Of a stretch of DNA of 59,724 nucleotides, positions 1-12,411 are shown piece by piece; position 1 is the first letter of the stretch, and each line of letters starts with the position of its first letter. The notes beneath the pieces are model-generated. The model saw only the letters and a list, made by a program, of their open reading frames with translations, searched no databases and was not told the origin of the DNA. The position numbers and the translations under genes were made by a program. Location: assembly GCA_040752415.1 (NCBI GenBank), contig JBFMGU010000028.1, positions 1 to 59,724 on the forward strand, in the 5' to 3' direction. The stretch comes from Myxococcota bacterium. GTDB lineage: Bacteria > Myxococcota > JACRCW01.

Positions 1-605
1 GCGGAGGGCGCAGCGCCCATGCCGGGACCCGCGGGGCGGGCGCCAGGCTTGGCGGGGGCCAGCACCATGAACATGTTCCGGCCTTCCATGCGCGGGAACG
101 ACTCCACCATGGCAATGTCCTTCAGCGTCTCGACGACGCGCTCCAGGACGCTGCGGCCGATTTCCGGGTGCGTGATCTCACGACCGCGGAACATGATGGT
201 GATCTTGGCCTTGTTCCCCTCGCCCAGGAAGCGGCGGACGTGGTCCATCTTGAAGTCAAAGTCATGCTCGTCCGTCTTGGGACGCAGCTTCACTTCCTTG
301 ACCTCGATCACCTTCTGGTTCTTCTTGGCAAGTCCGGCCTTCTTCTTCTGGTCGTACTTGTACTTCCCGTAGTCCATGATCTTGCACACGGGAGGCCGGG
401 ACATGGGGCTGACCTCGACGAGGTCCAGGCCCTCCTCCATGGCGCGCTTCAGCGCCTCCTCCGTGGGCATCACGCCGAGCTTGTTGCCGTCCGCGCCAAT
501 GACGAAGACTTCCTTGACGCGAATGCGGCGGTTGACGCGGAGCTCGGTCTGGCGCCGGGTATCAGGCTTGGCGCCACCTTTGTCTGGGGGATTGTTCAGT
601 CCGAT
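1..605 (-). CDS. infC: Translation initiation factor IF-3 (Dsg-like), runs off window start; probable non-canonical ATC start
   Basis: Minus-strand translation (absent from ORF track, no stop in window): RVNRRIRVKEVFVIGADGNKLGVM...GLDLVEVSPMSRPPVCKIMDYGKYKYDQKKK, typical IF3. GGAGGG at 618-613 lies 7 nt before ATC at 605; an in-frame ATG at 620 overlaps the SD and has no SD of its own. Confidence 0.93.
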   Translation of the reverse strand, partial: MGLNNPPDKGGAKPDTRRQTELRVNRRIRVKEVFVIGADGNKLGVMPTEEALKRAMEEGLDLVEVSPMSRPPVCKIMDYGKYKYDQKKKAGLAKKNQKVIEVKEVKLRPKTDEHDFDFKMDHVRRFLGEGNKAKITIMFRGREITHPEIGRSVLERVVETLKDIAMVESFPRMEGRNMFMVLAPAKPGARPAGPGMGAAPS

Positions 606-760
606 GGTCGTACCCTCCATGAAAGGCTGTCGACGCACATCCCGGCGGCGACAGCAGGACTCGGGAAAAACGGGTCAGGCCCTATGGCACACGGCACCAC
701 GGGGCGCAAGCTGCACCTGGCCCGGTCCGTGACCGGTGCGGATGGCCGGAATGCGGGAGC

Positions 761-1435
761 TCAAGCGCCAGCAACCCAGGCCGTGAACTGGACGACGGCC
801 TTGTGGGCAGGGCTGAAGACGTAGGCCAGGATCCCGCCGCCGAACATCACCAGGCCGAACAGGGCCAGGTACCCGTAGCGGCCGTAGGCCTCGTACGTAT
901 CGCGGTGGCGGGTGGGAAGCAGCCAGCGCACCACCCAGCTGCCATCCAGGGGCGGGACGGGCAGGATGTTGAACACGGCCAGGCCCACGTTCATGTAGAC
1001 GCCGTTCTGGAGCATCTTGAAGACGGGGGCGGACAGCTCGGCGAAGCGCAGGGACAGTCCCAGGGCCACCGCGAGGACCAGCGCCATGAGGAGGTTGGAG
1101 AGCGGCCCGGCCACGGCCACCAACGCGCTGCCCGCGGCCATGGTGACGCGCTTGCCCCGGAAGGTCCGGGTGAAGTTCACGGGGTTGGTGGGCACGGGCT
1201 TGGCCCAACCGATGATGGGCACCGGGGAGGCGGCGTTCAGGGCGGGGATGAGCAGCGTGCCCACCGGGTCAATGTGCGCCGTGGGATCCAGGGTGAGGCG
1301 GCCCTGGCGCGACGCGGTGTCATCCCCCAGCCAATAGGCGACCGCGGCGTGGGCGCATTCATGGACCGTGAGGAACAGGACCATGAACGCCACGCTGTTC
1401 ACGAGCTGGAAGATGGTGTGGTTGTCGAGCTGCAT
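761..1435 (-). CDS. Site-2 protease (peptidase M50) family intramembrane metalloprotease
   Basis: HECAH (HExxH), GRLTLDP, VAVAGPLSNL and FNILPVPPLDG motifs; several hydrophobic helices. Confidence 0.92.
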   Translation of the reverse strand: MQLDNHTIFQLVNSVAFMVLFLTVHECAHAAVAYWLGDDTASRQGRLTLDPTAHIDPVGTLLIPALNAASPVPIIGWAKPVPTNPVNFTRTFRGKRVTMAAGSALVAVAGPLSNLLMALVLAVALGLSLRFAELSAPVFKMLQNGVYMNVGLAVFNILPVPPLDGSWVVRWLLPTRHRDTYEAYGRYGYLALFGLVMFGGGILAYVFSPAHKAVVQFTAWVAGA

Positions 1436-1438
1436 GGG

Positions 1439-3385
1439 TCAGCGCACCGCCTCAGGAACCCCGGTGGCCTCGAACGACTCGAAGAACCGGGCGGCCAGCG
1501 CCGTGGCCGTGGGGTTCCGGTAGACCGCAAAGTGATCATCGTTGGGGAATTGCGCCAACACCGCGGTGGCCGTGCGTCCCTCGCTCAGCGAGAGGTTGTG
1601 CCGCACCGGGGAAGGCAGCGCGGAGAGCTGGCGCAGCTGCAGCGCCTCCACCGGTGCCCCCTCCGGCAGGATCAGCGGGATGGCGGCCGCCGCGGCAAGC
1701 GGGCCGTGGGTGCGTGGCGGCGTGTGCTTGTCCTGCAGCCCGCTGAAGATCAGCACGTTGGGAGCCTTGCGACCCGGCACGAAGTAGCGACGCGCGGCGT
1801 TGAGAGGCTCCAGCGGGTCCGCCAGCATCTGCATCACGGCGAGTGCGGGGTGGTACTCGTCCAGCGGTTCCTCGTCGGGGAGGGAGAGCAGCAGGCGGAC
1901 CGCGTTGGCAATCACCAGCGGCTCCGTCTTCTCCAGCAGGCTCTCCGCGAAGCCGCCGCCCGTACCGCTCAGCACCGCCACGTCGAGATCCGTCTCCACG
2001 CCGGTCATCAGCGCGCCGGTGATGCCGCCCTGGCTGTGGCCAAAGAAGAGGTGCTTGTCGACGTCAAACGTGATCTCCTCGCCATCCGCGGCCACGTTGG
2101 CGGGCACGGAGAGCGCGGAGATGGAGTGCATCAGCGCCATGGATTCCAGGGCACTCTGCCGCCAGTTGTCGACGCCAGCGCGCGGGTTCAGGAAGTTGAA
2201 CGTCAGGATCTCCTCCTGCCCCGACTGGTACCCCTCACGCGTCTCATGCAGCGGCTGGCTGATGCCAATGGCCGCGAACCCGTCGATGGCGAGCCAGTTG
2301 GCCTCGTCGCCGGCGCCGTCGCCCACCATGCTGCGGAAGTTGCCGCCGGTGCCGTGCGCAATGACAACGAGCGGGTAGCCCCCCGGCGGCGGAGGATCCC
2401 GCGGGACGCTCAGCGAGAACCGCACGCGCTCGGTCCGCTGCACGCGGGGGACGCCGTTCTCGTCGAGCTCGAAGCCGCCGGTGGCGCCGTCGTACGTGGT
2501 GAACGGGGGCGTGCCCTTCTGGAACTGCGGCAACTCGATGAACCCCTCATACAGGCGGTACCAGCGGTGGGAGTCGTGGTCGGCCGGGCGCGTCCACCCG
2601 TCGACGAAGTACGGCGCCTGCGCAATCACCGCCGCGCGGGCCCGGTCAAGCTCGGGGAGCGGGTCGGAGGTGGTGAACACCGTGGCGTGGGCAATGTTGG
2701 AGAGCGCCAGCCCCACCGACGACGCGTTCTCGCGCAGCGGAGCAAACGCGGCATGCGCATGGGTCAGACGTGAATCCGAGGGCGTCTCGTTCTTCAGCAG
2801 CACTTCCAGGTCCGCGCTGGGTGCCAGCCGCCCGCCGTTCTTCGCCTTCTGCGCGCTGGTGACGACGAGCGCGTAGGTGGTGGCCGGCCGCAGCGGGAAG
2901 CCGAGCACCGGCAGCACCATCAGCGTGTTGGGCGGGAGGAACTGCGTCTCCTGCTCCTGCAGCTTCAGGCGGATGGGGATGCGCGCGCCCTTCTCCGGAG
3001 AGTCCGGGTCGACGTCGACGAGCTGCACCGGGGCGTCCTGCGCCAGCGTCTCGGCCGGCGTGACGAGGGAGCCGAGCGGACCGGTGAACGACAGGTAGAT
3101 GGTCCCGTTGAGTCCCCACCCGCGACCCTTCTCCGCCTCACCCCGGTACTGGTCCAGCGTGCTGGCACCGGTGGGGTTGGGGAAGCTGCGCATGTCACGC
3201 CGTCCGTCGGGGAGCGTGTCGAGGTCGCAGGGCCAGGGGATGTCCAGGAACGGACGGTTCACCGGGTTGGCTGCGACGGAGAACGCCGCGCGCGCCTCGA
3301 CGGGAGGAAGCGTGTTGCTCCCCGTGCACGCCGTGCCGACGAGGAGGAGCCACAACAACGGAAGTCGTGAAGGTGCCTTGCCCAT
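1439..3385 (-). CDS. Exported lipoprotein, alpha/beta hydrolase fold (lipase/esterase-like)
   Basis: Lipobox-like LVGTAC, oxyanion-like AHGTGG, nucleophile elbow GHSQG, GLQDKHTP and C-terminal DDHF. Confidence 0.75.
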   Translation of the reverse strand: MGKAPSRLPLLWLLLVGTACTGSNTLPPVEARAAFSVAANPVNRPFLDIPWPCDLDTLPDGRRDMRSFPNPTGASTLDQYRGEAEKGRGWGLNGTIYLSFTGPLGSLVTPAETLAQDAPVQLVDVDPDSPEKGARIPIRLKLQEQETQFLPPNTLMVLPVLGFPLRPATTYALVVTSAQKAKNGGRLAPSADLEVLLKNETPSDSRLTHAHAAFAPLRENASSVGLALSNIAHATVFTTSDPLPELDRARAAVIAQAPYFVDGWTRPADHDSHRWYRLYEGFIELPQFQKGTPPFTTYDGATGGFELDENGVPRVQRTERVRFSLSVPRDPPPPGGYPLVVIAHGTGGNFRSMVGDGAGDEANWLAIDGFAAIGISQPLHETREGYQSGQEEILTFNFLNPRAGVDNWRQSALESMALMHSISALSVPANVAADGEEITFDVDKHLFFGHSQGGITGALMTGVETDLDVAVLSGTGGGFAESLLEKTEPLVIANAVRLLLSLPDEEPLDEYHPALAVMQMLADPLEPLNAARRYFVPGRKAPNVLIFSGLQDKHTPPRTHGPLAAAAAIPLILPEGAPVEALQLRQLSALPSPVRHNLSLSEGRTATAVLAQFPNDDHFAVYRNPTATALAARFFESFEATGVPEAVR

Positions 3386-3782
3386 GGCGGAAACGTCCCG
3401 GTCTCAGGAGTCGCCACAGGTAACGCGCCCCCACCACCGAGGCAATCCTTGCACCCTCCCCGCCCGGCTTTCAGGCCGCGGTGGCCCGGGTGCGCTCCCC
3501 GTGGGGGCCCGAGCTCGGGAACACAGCCCCAGTCATGGTGCCACATGACGTCGGCGGCCCTGCTCAAGGTGTCGCCGGGGCGGCACGTGGATGTTGCCGG
3601 TCATCAGCGCGGCCACTCGCATCTCGTCATCTCCAGGAAATGGTCGGACGGTCCAGGGGCAGTGCGCGTGCCAGAGCGGGGACGCAACCCGCGTGATGAT
3701 CCGACGCGAATCGTGCGCAGCACCGACGGGCGGGCGCATGGTTTGCGTTGAGTTTCTCGTCGGAGATGGCATCCGCCGCACA

Positions 3783-3798
3783 GGGCACGTCCCTTGCT
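3783..3798 (+). promoter_or_regulatory. Putative sigma-54 (-24/-12) promoter of the fdh operon
   Basis: GGGCACGTCCCTTGCT = GG-N10-GC, close to consensus TGGCACG-N4-TTGCW; about 26 nt before ATG 3824, which has a GGAGGG SD. Confidence 0.7.
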
Positions 3799-3823
3799 CC
3801 GCCCGGACGTCCGAGGAGGGCGC

Positions 3824-5245
3824 ATGCGGATCCTGGAATGGTCGCGTCGACGGAGCGGAGGGCCGGTTCAGCGCCACGTGCTGCAGGAGCTGCGCGAGGG
3901 GAAAACCGCGGAACAGGTGGAGCAGGAGCACGGGCTCCCCAGGGCCTGGGTTGACGGGCTGACGAGCTTCTACGACCTGCTTCACGGCGAGCGTGAGCGC
4001 GCGTGCACGGGGACCTCGTGCTCATTCCCCGACGGGTGCAAGAGCAACCGGAAGAGCGAGCTGGAAGGCGTCCATTGCCTGGGCCAGTGCTACGCGCCCC
4101 CCGCCACGACGCTGCGCGCGCCCCCGCCGATTCCCCGTCGCTCCATGCTTCAGCCGCCGGTGGTCTTGCGGAACATCCTGGGCGGAGAGGACGCGCGCGG
4201 TGAGTACGTCCTCCCCGACGGAGAAACGATTCTCGGCGCCGTGGAAGCCTCCGGTCTGCGCGGTCGAGGCGGTGCCGCGTTCCCCACCGCGGCGAAGTGG
4301 AAGGCCGCCCGCGACACTCCCGCGCCGGACCGCTACGTGGTGGCCAATGGCGACGAGGGCGACCCGGGTTCCTTTGTCGACCGGTTGCTGTTGGAGGAGG
4401 CGCCCCACGCCGTGCTGGCCGGGATGAAGGCGTGTGCGCGCGCGATTGGTGCACGGAAGGGAATCGTCTTCATCCGCGGTGAGTATCCCGACGCGCACCG
4501 GACGATGCGGAAGGCGATTGACGAAGCGCGTGACCTGGGCCTGCTGGGACAGGAGTTTGACGTCGAGCTGTTCTGTTGCGCGGGGTCCTATGTGGCTGGT
4601 GAGGAGACTGCGCTGCTCCGCGCCATCGAGGGACTGCGCTCCGAGCCCGCGGTGAAGCCGCCCTACCCTGCGCAATGTGGTCTCCAGGGCCTGCCGACGG
4701 TGGTGCAGAACGTGGAGACGCTGGCCGTGATCCCGTGGGTGGTGCGCCATCGTCGTCGTGGTGATGCCAAGGCGTTGAGCGTGGCGGGCGCGGTGGGGAA
4801 GCCCGGCGTCGTCGAGATCCGGCTGGGTACAACGCTGCGCACGGTGCTGGAGGAGGCCTGCGACGGACCGCGACACGGGGCGCGTTGGAAGATGGCGCTG
4901 GTGGGCGGACCGCTGGGGCGCGTGGTTCCGGTCAGCGGATTTGACGTGCCGCTCTCCTACGACGGACTCCCCGGCATGGGCCACGGTGGCATCGTGGTGC
5001 TCGACGACACCGTGACCGCGCGTGAGCTGGCGGAGCACCTGTTCACGTTCGCCCGACGGGAATCCTGTGGGAACTGCACGCCCTGCCGCGTGGGCACGTC
5101 CCGCCTGCACACCATCACCGATCGCCCGGCGCTGGAACGGCTGATGACGACGCTGGAGGCCGGGAGCCTGTGTGGCTTTGGCCAGGGCGTTCCCCGTCCC
5201 ATCCGCGACCTGCTGCAGCATTTCCCGGGGGAGATGTTCCCATGA
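3824..5245 (+). CDS. NAD-linked formate dehydrogenase diaphorase subunit (short NuoE-like [2Fe-2S] domain fused to NuoF/FdsB-like FMN/NADH domain)
   Basis: N-terminal TSFY...CTGTSC...CLGQC (NuoE-type); SGLRGRGGAAFP, NGDEGDPGSFVDR, YVAGEETAL, ESCGNCTPC...LCGFG (NuoF). Start moved to ATG 3824 after the SD. Confidence 0.88.
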   Translation: MRILEWSRRRSGGPVQRHVLQELREGKTAEQVEQEHGLPRAWVDGLTSFYDLLHGERERACTGTSCSFPDGCKSNRKSELEGVHCLGQCYAPPATTLRAPPPIPRRSMLQPPVVLRNILGGEDARGEYVLPDGETILGAVEASGLRGRGGAAFPTAAKWKAARDTPAPDRYVVANGDEGDPGSFVDRLLLEEAPHAVLAGMKACARAIGARKGIVFIRGEYPDAHRTMRKAIDEARDLGLLGQEFDVELFCCAGSYVAGEETALLRAIEGLRSEPAVKPPYPAQCGLQGLPTVVQNVETLAVIPWVVRHRRRGDAKALSVAGAVGKPGVVEIRLGTTLRTVLEEACDGPRHGARWKMALVGGPLGRVVPVSGFDVPLSYDGLPGMGHGGIVVLDDTVTARELAEHLFTFARRESCGNCTPCRVGTSRLHTITDRPALERLMTTLEAGSLCGFGQGVPRPIRDLLQHFPGEMFP

Positions 5246-7860
5246 TCACGGTCAATGGTCGTCCCGTTCCGTCGGGTGGCACCTTGCTGGACGCGTGCAA
5301 GCATGCCGGTGCGCACGTCCCCACCTTCTGCTCCGACGAGAAGCTCCCCGCGGGTGGTCACTGTCGCGCGTGCATGGTGGACGTGGGTGGACGCCTGATG
5401 CCCGCGTGCACCACGCCCTGCCGCGACGGTATGGAGATCCTCACGGAGACGGAGACCGTCCGGCAGTACCGTCGTGACCTGGGCGAGCTGATGGTGGCCG
5501 AGTCCAACCCGCGCGGCGCCGTGAAAGCGGAGCTGGAGAAGTGGGGCGTCACCGGGGAGCGCTACGGGCGCGCGAAACCGTCCGGTATCCACGACGAGAG
5601 CGCGCCCTACCTGCGCCTGGACACCGACGCGTGCATCCGCTGCCACCTGTGCGTGCGCGCGTGCTCCGACATCCAGGGCCAGTTCGTGTACTCGATGCAG
5701 GGTCGCGGCGCGGGTGCGCACCTGGGCTGGGGCAATGTGCCGTTCAACGAGACCGACTGCGTCTCCTGCGGCGCATGCGTTGCCTCCTGCCCCACCGAGG
5801 CCATCACCGACGTGGATCACCTGCGCCAGGCCGCCGACCCGCTGCGCACCGTGCAGACCACGTGCGCGTACTGCGGCGTGGGTTGCCAGATGACCGTGCA
5901 TGCGCGGGGGAACAACGTCGTGGACATCCAGGGCGCGCCCTCCCCCGTCAACGCGGGCCACCTGTGCGTGAAGGGCCGTTACGCCCACGGATTCGCGCGA
6001 CATCGCGACCGACTCACCACGCCGCTCATCCGTCGTGACGGCAGGCTCGTGCCGGCAACGTGGTCGGAGGCCATCAGCTACGTGGCCAGTCGCATGAACG
6101 CGCTGAAGGGGCACGTGGGCGGGCTCTCGTCGTCGCGGTGCACCAATGAGGAGAACTACCTGCTGCAGAAGTGGCTCCGCGCGGTGTACGCCACCAACAA
6201 CGTGGATTGCTGCGCGCGCGTGTGTCACGCCCCCAGCGCCGCGGGCATGCGCGTGGCACTGGGTACCGGCGCGGCCACCAACTCGCTCGCCGACATCGAG
6301 CTGGCGGACCTGCTCATGGTCTCGGGCTCCAACACCACGGAAGCCCATCCCGTCACCGGCGCGCGCATCAAGCAGGCGGTGTTGCGGGGCGCCAAGCTTC
6401 TCGTCGTGGACCCGCGCCGGACGGAGCTGGCGGAGCTGGCCGACGTGCACCTGCAGACGCGCCCCGGCACCAACGTCCCGTTGCTCAACAGCATGGCGTG
6501 CGCGCTCGTCGAGGCGGGCCTGGTGAACCGGGAGTTCATCCACGCGCGCACCGACGGCTGGGAGGCCTACGAGAAGTTCATCCGCCAGTGGCGACCTGAA
6601 TCCGCCGAGGCCATCACCGGCGTCCCCGCCACGCTGGTCCGACGAGCCGCCGAGCTGTACGGGCGCGCGCGCCATCCCATGCAGGTCCACGGCCTGGGCA
6701 TGACCGAGCACTACCAGGGCGCGGAAGGCGTGATGCTGTTGTGCAACCTCGCGCTTCTCGTCGGGGCCATCGGTCGACCGGGCGTGGGCGTCAATCCGCT
6801 GCGCGGTCAGAACAACGTGCAGGGCGCCGCGGACATGGGATGCCAGCCGGACCTCCTGACGGGCTACCAGAACCCGAATGATCCGCAGGTGCGGGAGCGG
6901 TTCGAGCGCGTGTGGGCACGTCCCATTCCGACGACAAAGGGCCTCACCATTCCGCGCATGTACGAGGCCATCCGTCGCGGCGAGCTGCGCGGGCTGTACA
7001 TCTTTGGCGAGGACGTGGTGCAGACGGATCCGCACGCGGGTCTTGTCGCGGAGACGCTGAAGCAGCTGGATCTCCTCGTGGTGCAAGAGATCTTCCTGTC
7101 CGAGACGGCGAAGCTGGCGCACGTGGTCCTGCCGGGTGCGTCGTTCCTGGAGAAGGACGGCACGTTCACCAACGGAGAGCGGCGCGTCCAACGTGTGCGC
7201 CAGATCCTCGACCCACCCGGTGACGCACGCCCGGACTGGCGCATCCTCTGCGACCTCATGGCGGCCACCGGCTACGCGCAACCCTTCCGGCATCCGTCGG
7301 AGATCATGGACGAGATTGCGCTGGTGAATCCCGCGTTCCGCGGCATCAGCCACGCGCGCCTGGAGCGCAACGGCCTGCAGTGGCCCGTCCCCTCCATGGA
7401 CCATCCCGGCACGCCCACCCTCCACGCCACCACGTTCCCCATCGGCAAGGGACGGCTGTCATGCGTGGAGTACCTGCCGTCTCCGTCGCTGAAGGACGCG
7501 GGCGACAAGCTGATGCTCATCACCGGCCGCACGCTGGCGCATTACAACAGCGGGTCCATGACGCGTCGCACGGACAACGTGCGCATCCGCGAAGCGGATC
7601 TGCTGGAGATCAACGACGAGGACGCCGCGCGGCTGGGCGTGGACGACGGCGCGCAGGTGCGGGTCCACAACGAGAACGGCGAGGCGATTGCCACCGCGTG
7701 CGTCACCGACCGCGTGCAGCCGGGCACGCTGTTCATGACGTTCCACTTCCCGGAGAGCGGCGCCAACTGCGTTACCACCGACGTGGTGGACCGGCTCTGC
7801 GACTGCCCGGAGTACAAGCTCACACCGGTCACGGTGGAGCCGCTCCGCGACGGACGGTGA
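5242..7860 (+). CDS. fdhF: Molybdopterin formate dehydrogenase alpha subunit (FdhF/FdsA type, Cys active site)
   Basis: N-terminal [2Fe-2S] (HCRACMV...PAC), CIRCHLCVRAC, CVSCGACVASC, CAYCGVGC, active-site CARVCHAPS, PLRGQNNVQGAADMG, EKDGTFTNGERRVQ, PEYK; ATGA overlap with upstream stop. Confidence 0.93.
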   Translation: MITVNGRPVPSGGTLLDACKHAGAHVPTFCSDEKLPAGGHCRACMVDVGGRLMPACTTPCRDGMEILTETETVRQYRRDLGELMVAESNPRGAVKAELEKWGVTGERYGRAKPSGIHDESAPYLRLDTDACIRCHLCVRACSDIQGQFVYSMQGRGAGAHLGWGNVPFNETDCVSCGACVASCPTEAITDVDHLRQAADPLRTVQTTCAYCGVGCQMTVHARGNNVVDIQGAPSPVNAGHLCVKGRYAHGFARHRDRLTTPLIRRDGRLVPATWSEAISYVASRMNALKGHVGGLSSSRCTNEENYLLQKWLRAVYATNNVDCCARVCHAPSAAGMRVALGTGAATNSLADIELADLLMVSGSNTTEAHPVTGARIKQAVLRGAKLLVVDPRRTELAELADVHLQTRPGTNVPLLNSMACALVEAGLVNREFIHARTDGWEAYEKFIRQWRPESAEAITGVPATLVRRAAELYGRARHPMQVHGLGMTEHYQGAEGVMLLCNLALLVGAIGRPGVGVNPLRGQNNVQGAADMGCQPDLLTGYQNPNDPQVRERFERVWARPIPTTKGLTIPRMYEAIRRGELRGLYIFGEDVVQTDPHAGLVAETLKQLDLLVVQEIFLSETAKLAHVVLPGASFLEKDGTFTNGERRVQRVRQILDPPGDARPDWRILCDLMAATGYAQPFRHPSEIMDEIALVNPAFRGISHARLERNGLQWPVPSMDHPGTPTLHATTFPIGKGRLSCVEYLPSPSLKDAGDKLMLITGRTLAHYNSGSMTRRTDNVRIREADLLEINDEDAARLGVDDGAQVRVHNENGEAIATACVTDRVQPGTLFMTFHFPESGANCVTTDVVDRLCDCPEYKLTPVTVEPLRDGR

Positions 7861-7863
7861 AGC

Positions 7864-8694
7864 GTGGACGCGTTGCTTCCCCCGGAGATCGCCGAGAAGG
7901 CGGAGCAGGTGGGCGTCAAGAAGGCTTCGCTCCCGCTCTCCGTGATGTTCGTCCTCGCCGTCCTGGCGGGCGCGTTCATTGCCATGGGCGGAGTGTTCTC
8001 CTCCGTCGTCAGTGCGGGTGCAGACGCGGTCCCGTACGGCATCACACGCATGCTCAGCGGGCTGGTGTTCTCACTCGGGCTCATCATGGTCGTCGTGGGC
8101 GGCGCGGAGCTGTTCACCGGCAACAACCTCATGGTCATGGCGTGGGCCAATGGAAAGCTCTCCACGACGCAGGTGTTGCGAAACTGGCTCGTGGTCTACG
8201 TCGGCAACTTCGCCGGTGCGTTGGCCACGGCGCTGCTCTGGTTCCACTCGGGAAGCTACCAGGCAGGGAAAGGCGCCGTGGGAGCCAGCATCCTCAGCGC
8301 CGCCAACACACGCCTGGGCTACGACTTCATGCAGGCCGTCTGCCTGGGAATCCTCTGCAACGCACTCGTGTGCATGGCGGTGTGGCTCAGCATGAGCGCG
8401 CGCTCCACGACGGACCGCATCCTGTCGGTGGTTCCGCCCGTGGCCGCGTTCGTTGCCGCGGGGTTCGAGCACTGCGTGGCCAACATGTTCTCCGTGCCCG
8501 CCGCGATCCTTGTGCGCGAAGGCGCAAATGATGCGTTCTGGTCGACGCTGGGCCGCACGCCCGCGGACTACCCGCGGCTCACCTGGGACACCTTCCTGAC
8601 CACCAATCTCCTCCCCGTCACTCTCGGAAACATTTGCGGTGGCGCCCTCCTGGTCGGGGCTGTGTATTGGTTCGTCTACCTGCGACGTCGGTGA
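7864..8694 (+). CDS. focA: Formate/nitrite transporter (FocA/FdhC family)
   Basis: GAELFTGN, LRNWLVVYVGNFAGA, GILCNALVCMAVW, FVAAGFEHCVANM, NLLPVTLGNICGG. Confidence 0.92.
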   Translation: MDALLPPEIAEKAEQVGVKKASLPLSVMFVLAVLAGAFIAMGGVFSSVVSAGADAVPYGITRMLSGLVFSLGLIMVVVGGAELFTGNNLMVMAWANGKLSTTQVLRNWLVVYVGNFAGALATALLWFHSGSYQAGKGAVGASILSAANTRLGYDFMQAVCLGILCNALVCMAVWLSMSARSTTDRILSVVPPVAAFVAAGFEHCVANMFSVPAAILVREGANDAFWSTLGRTPADYPRLTWDTFLTTNLLPVTLGNICGGALLVGAVYWFVYLRRR

Positions 8695-8711
8695 TTGGCG
8701 CAACGGTTGCA
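8695..8711 (+). promoter_or_regulatory. Putative sigma-54 (-24/-12) promoter of nifJ
   Basis: TTGGCGCAACGGTTGCA (GG-N10-GC) in the focA-nifJ gap, upstream of SD GGAGG 8731-8735 and GTG 8740. Confidence 0.65.
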
Positions 8712-8739
8712 AGCTTTCCTCGGGAACTCCGGAGGTCGC

Positions 8740-12339
<3,600 letters not shown>

Positions 12340-12354
12340 CGTCGTCACCGGACG

Positions 12355-12370
12355 CGGCCTCTTCCTTGCA
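12355..12370 (+). promoter_or_regulatory. Putative sigma-54 (-24/-12) promoter of ppsA
   Basis: CGGCCTCTTCCTTGCA (GG-N10-GC, TTGCA intact, weaker -24 box) in the nifJ-ppsA gap. Confidence 0.45.
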
Positions 12371-12411
12371 ATACGCCTTCCTCACAGTCCCCGACGACGG
12401 GAGGCGTGCAC

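Noticed and set aside
3731..3747. Second GG-N10-GC motif (GGGCGCATGGTTTGCG) upstream of fdh
   Set aside because: Weaker match than the 3783 motif and farther from the SD; not called separately.
6205..6240. Selenocysteine recoding in FDH
   Set aside because: Active-site residue is Cys (TGT) in CARVCH; no in-frame TGA.
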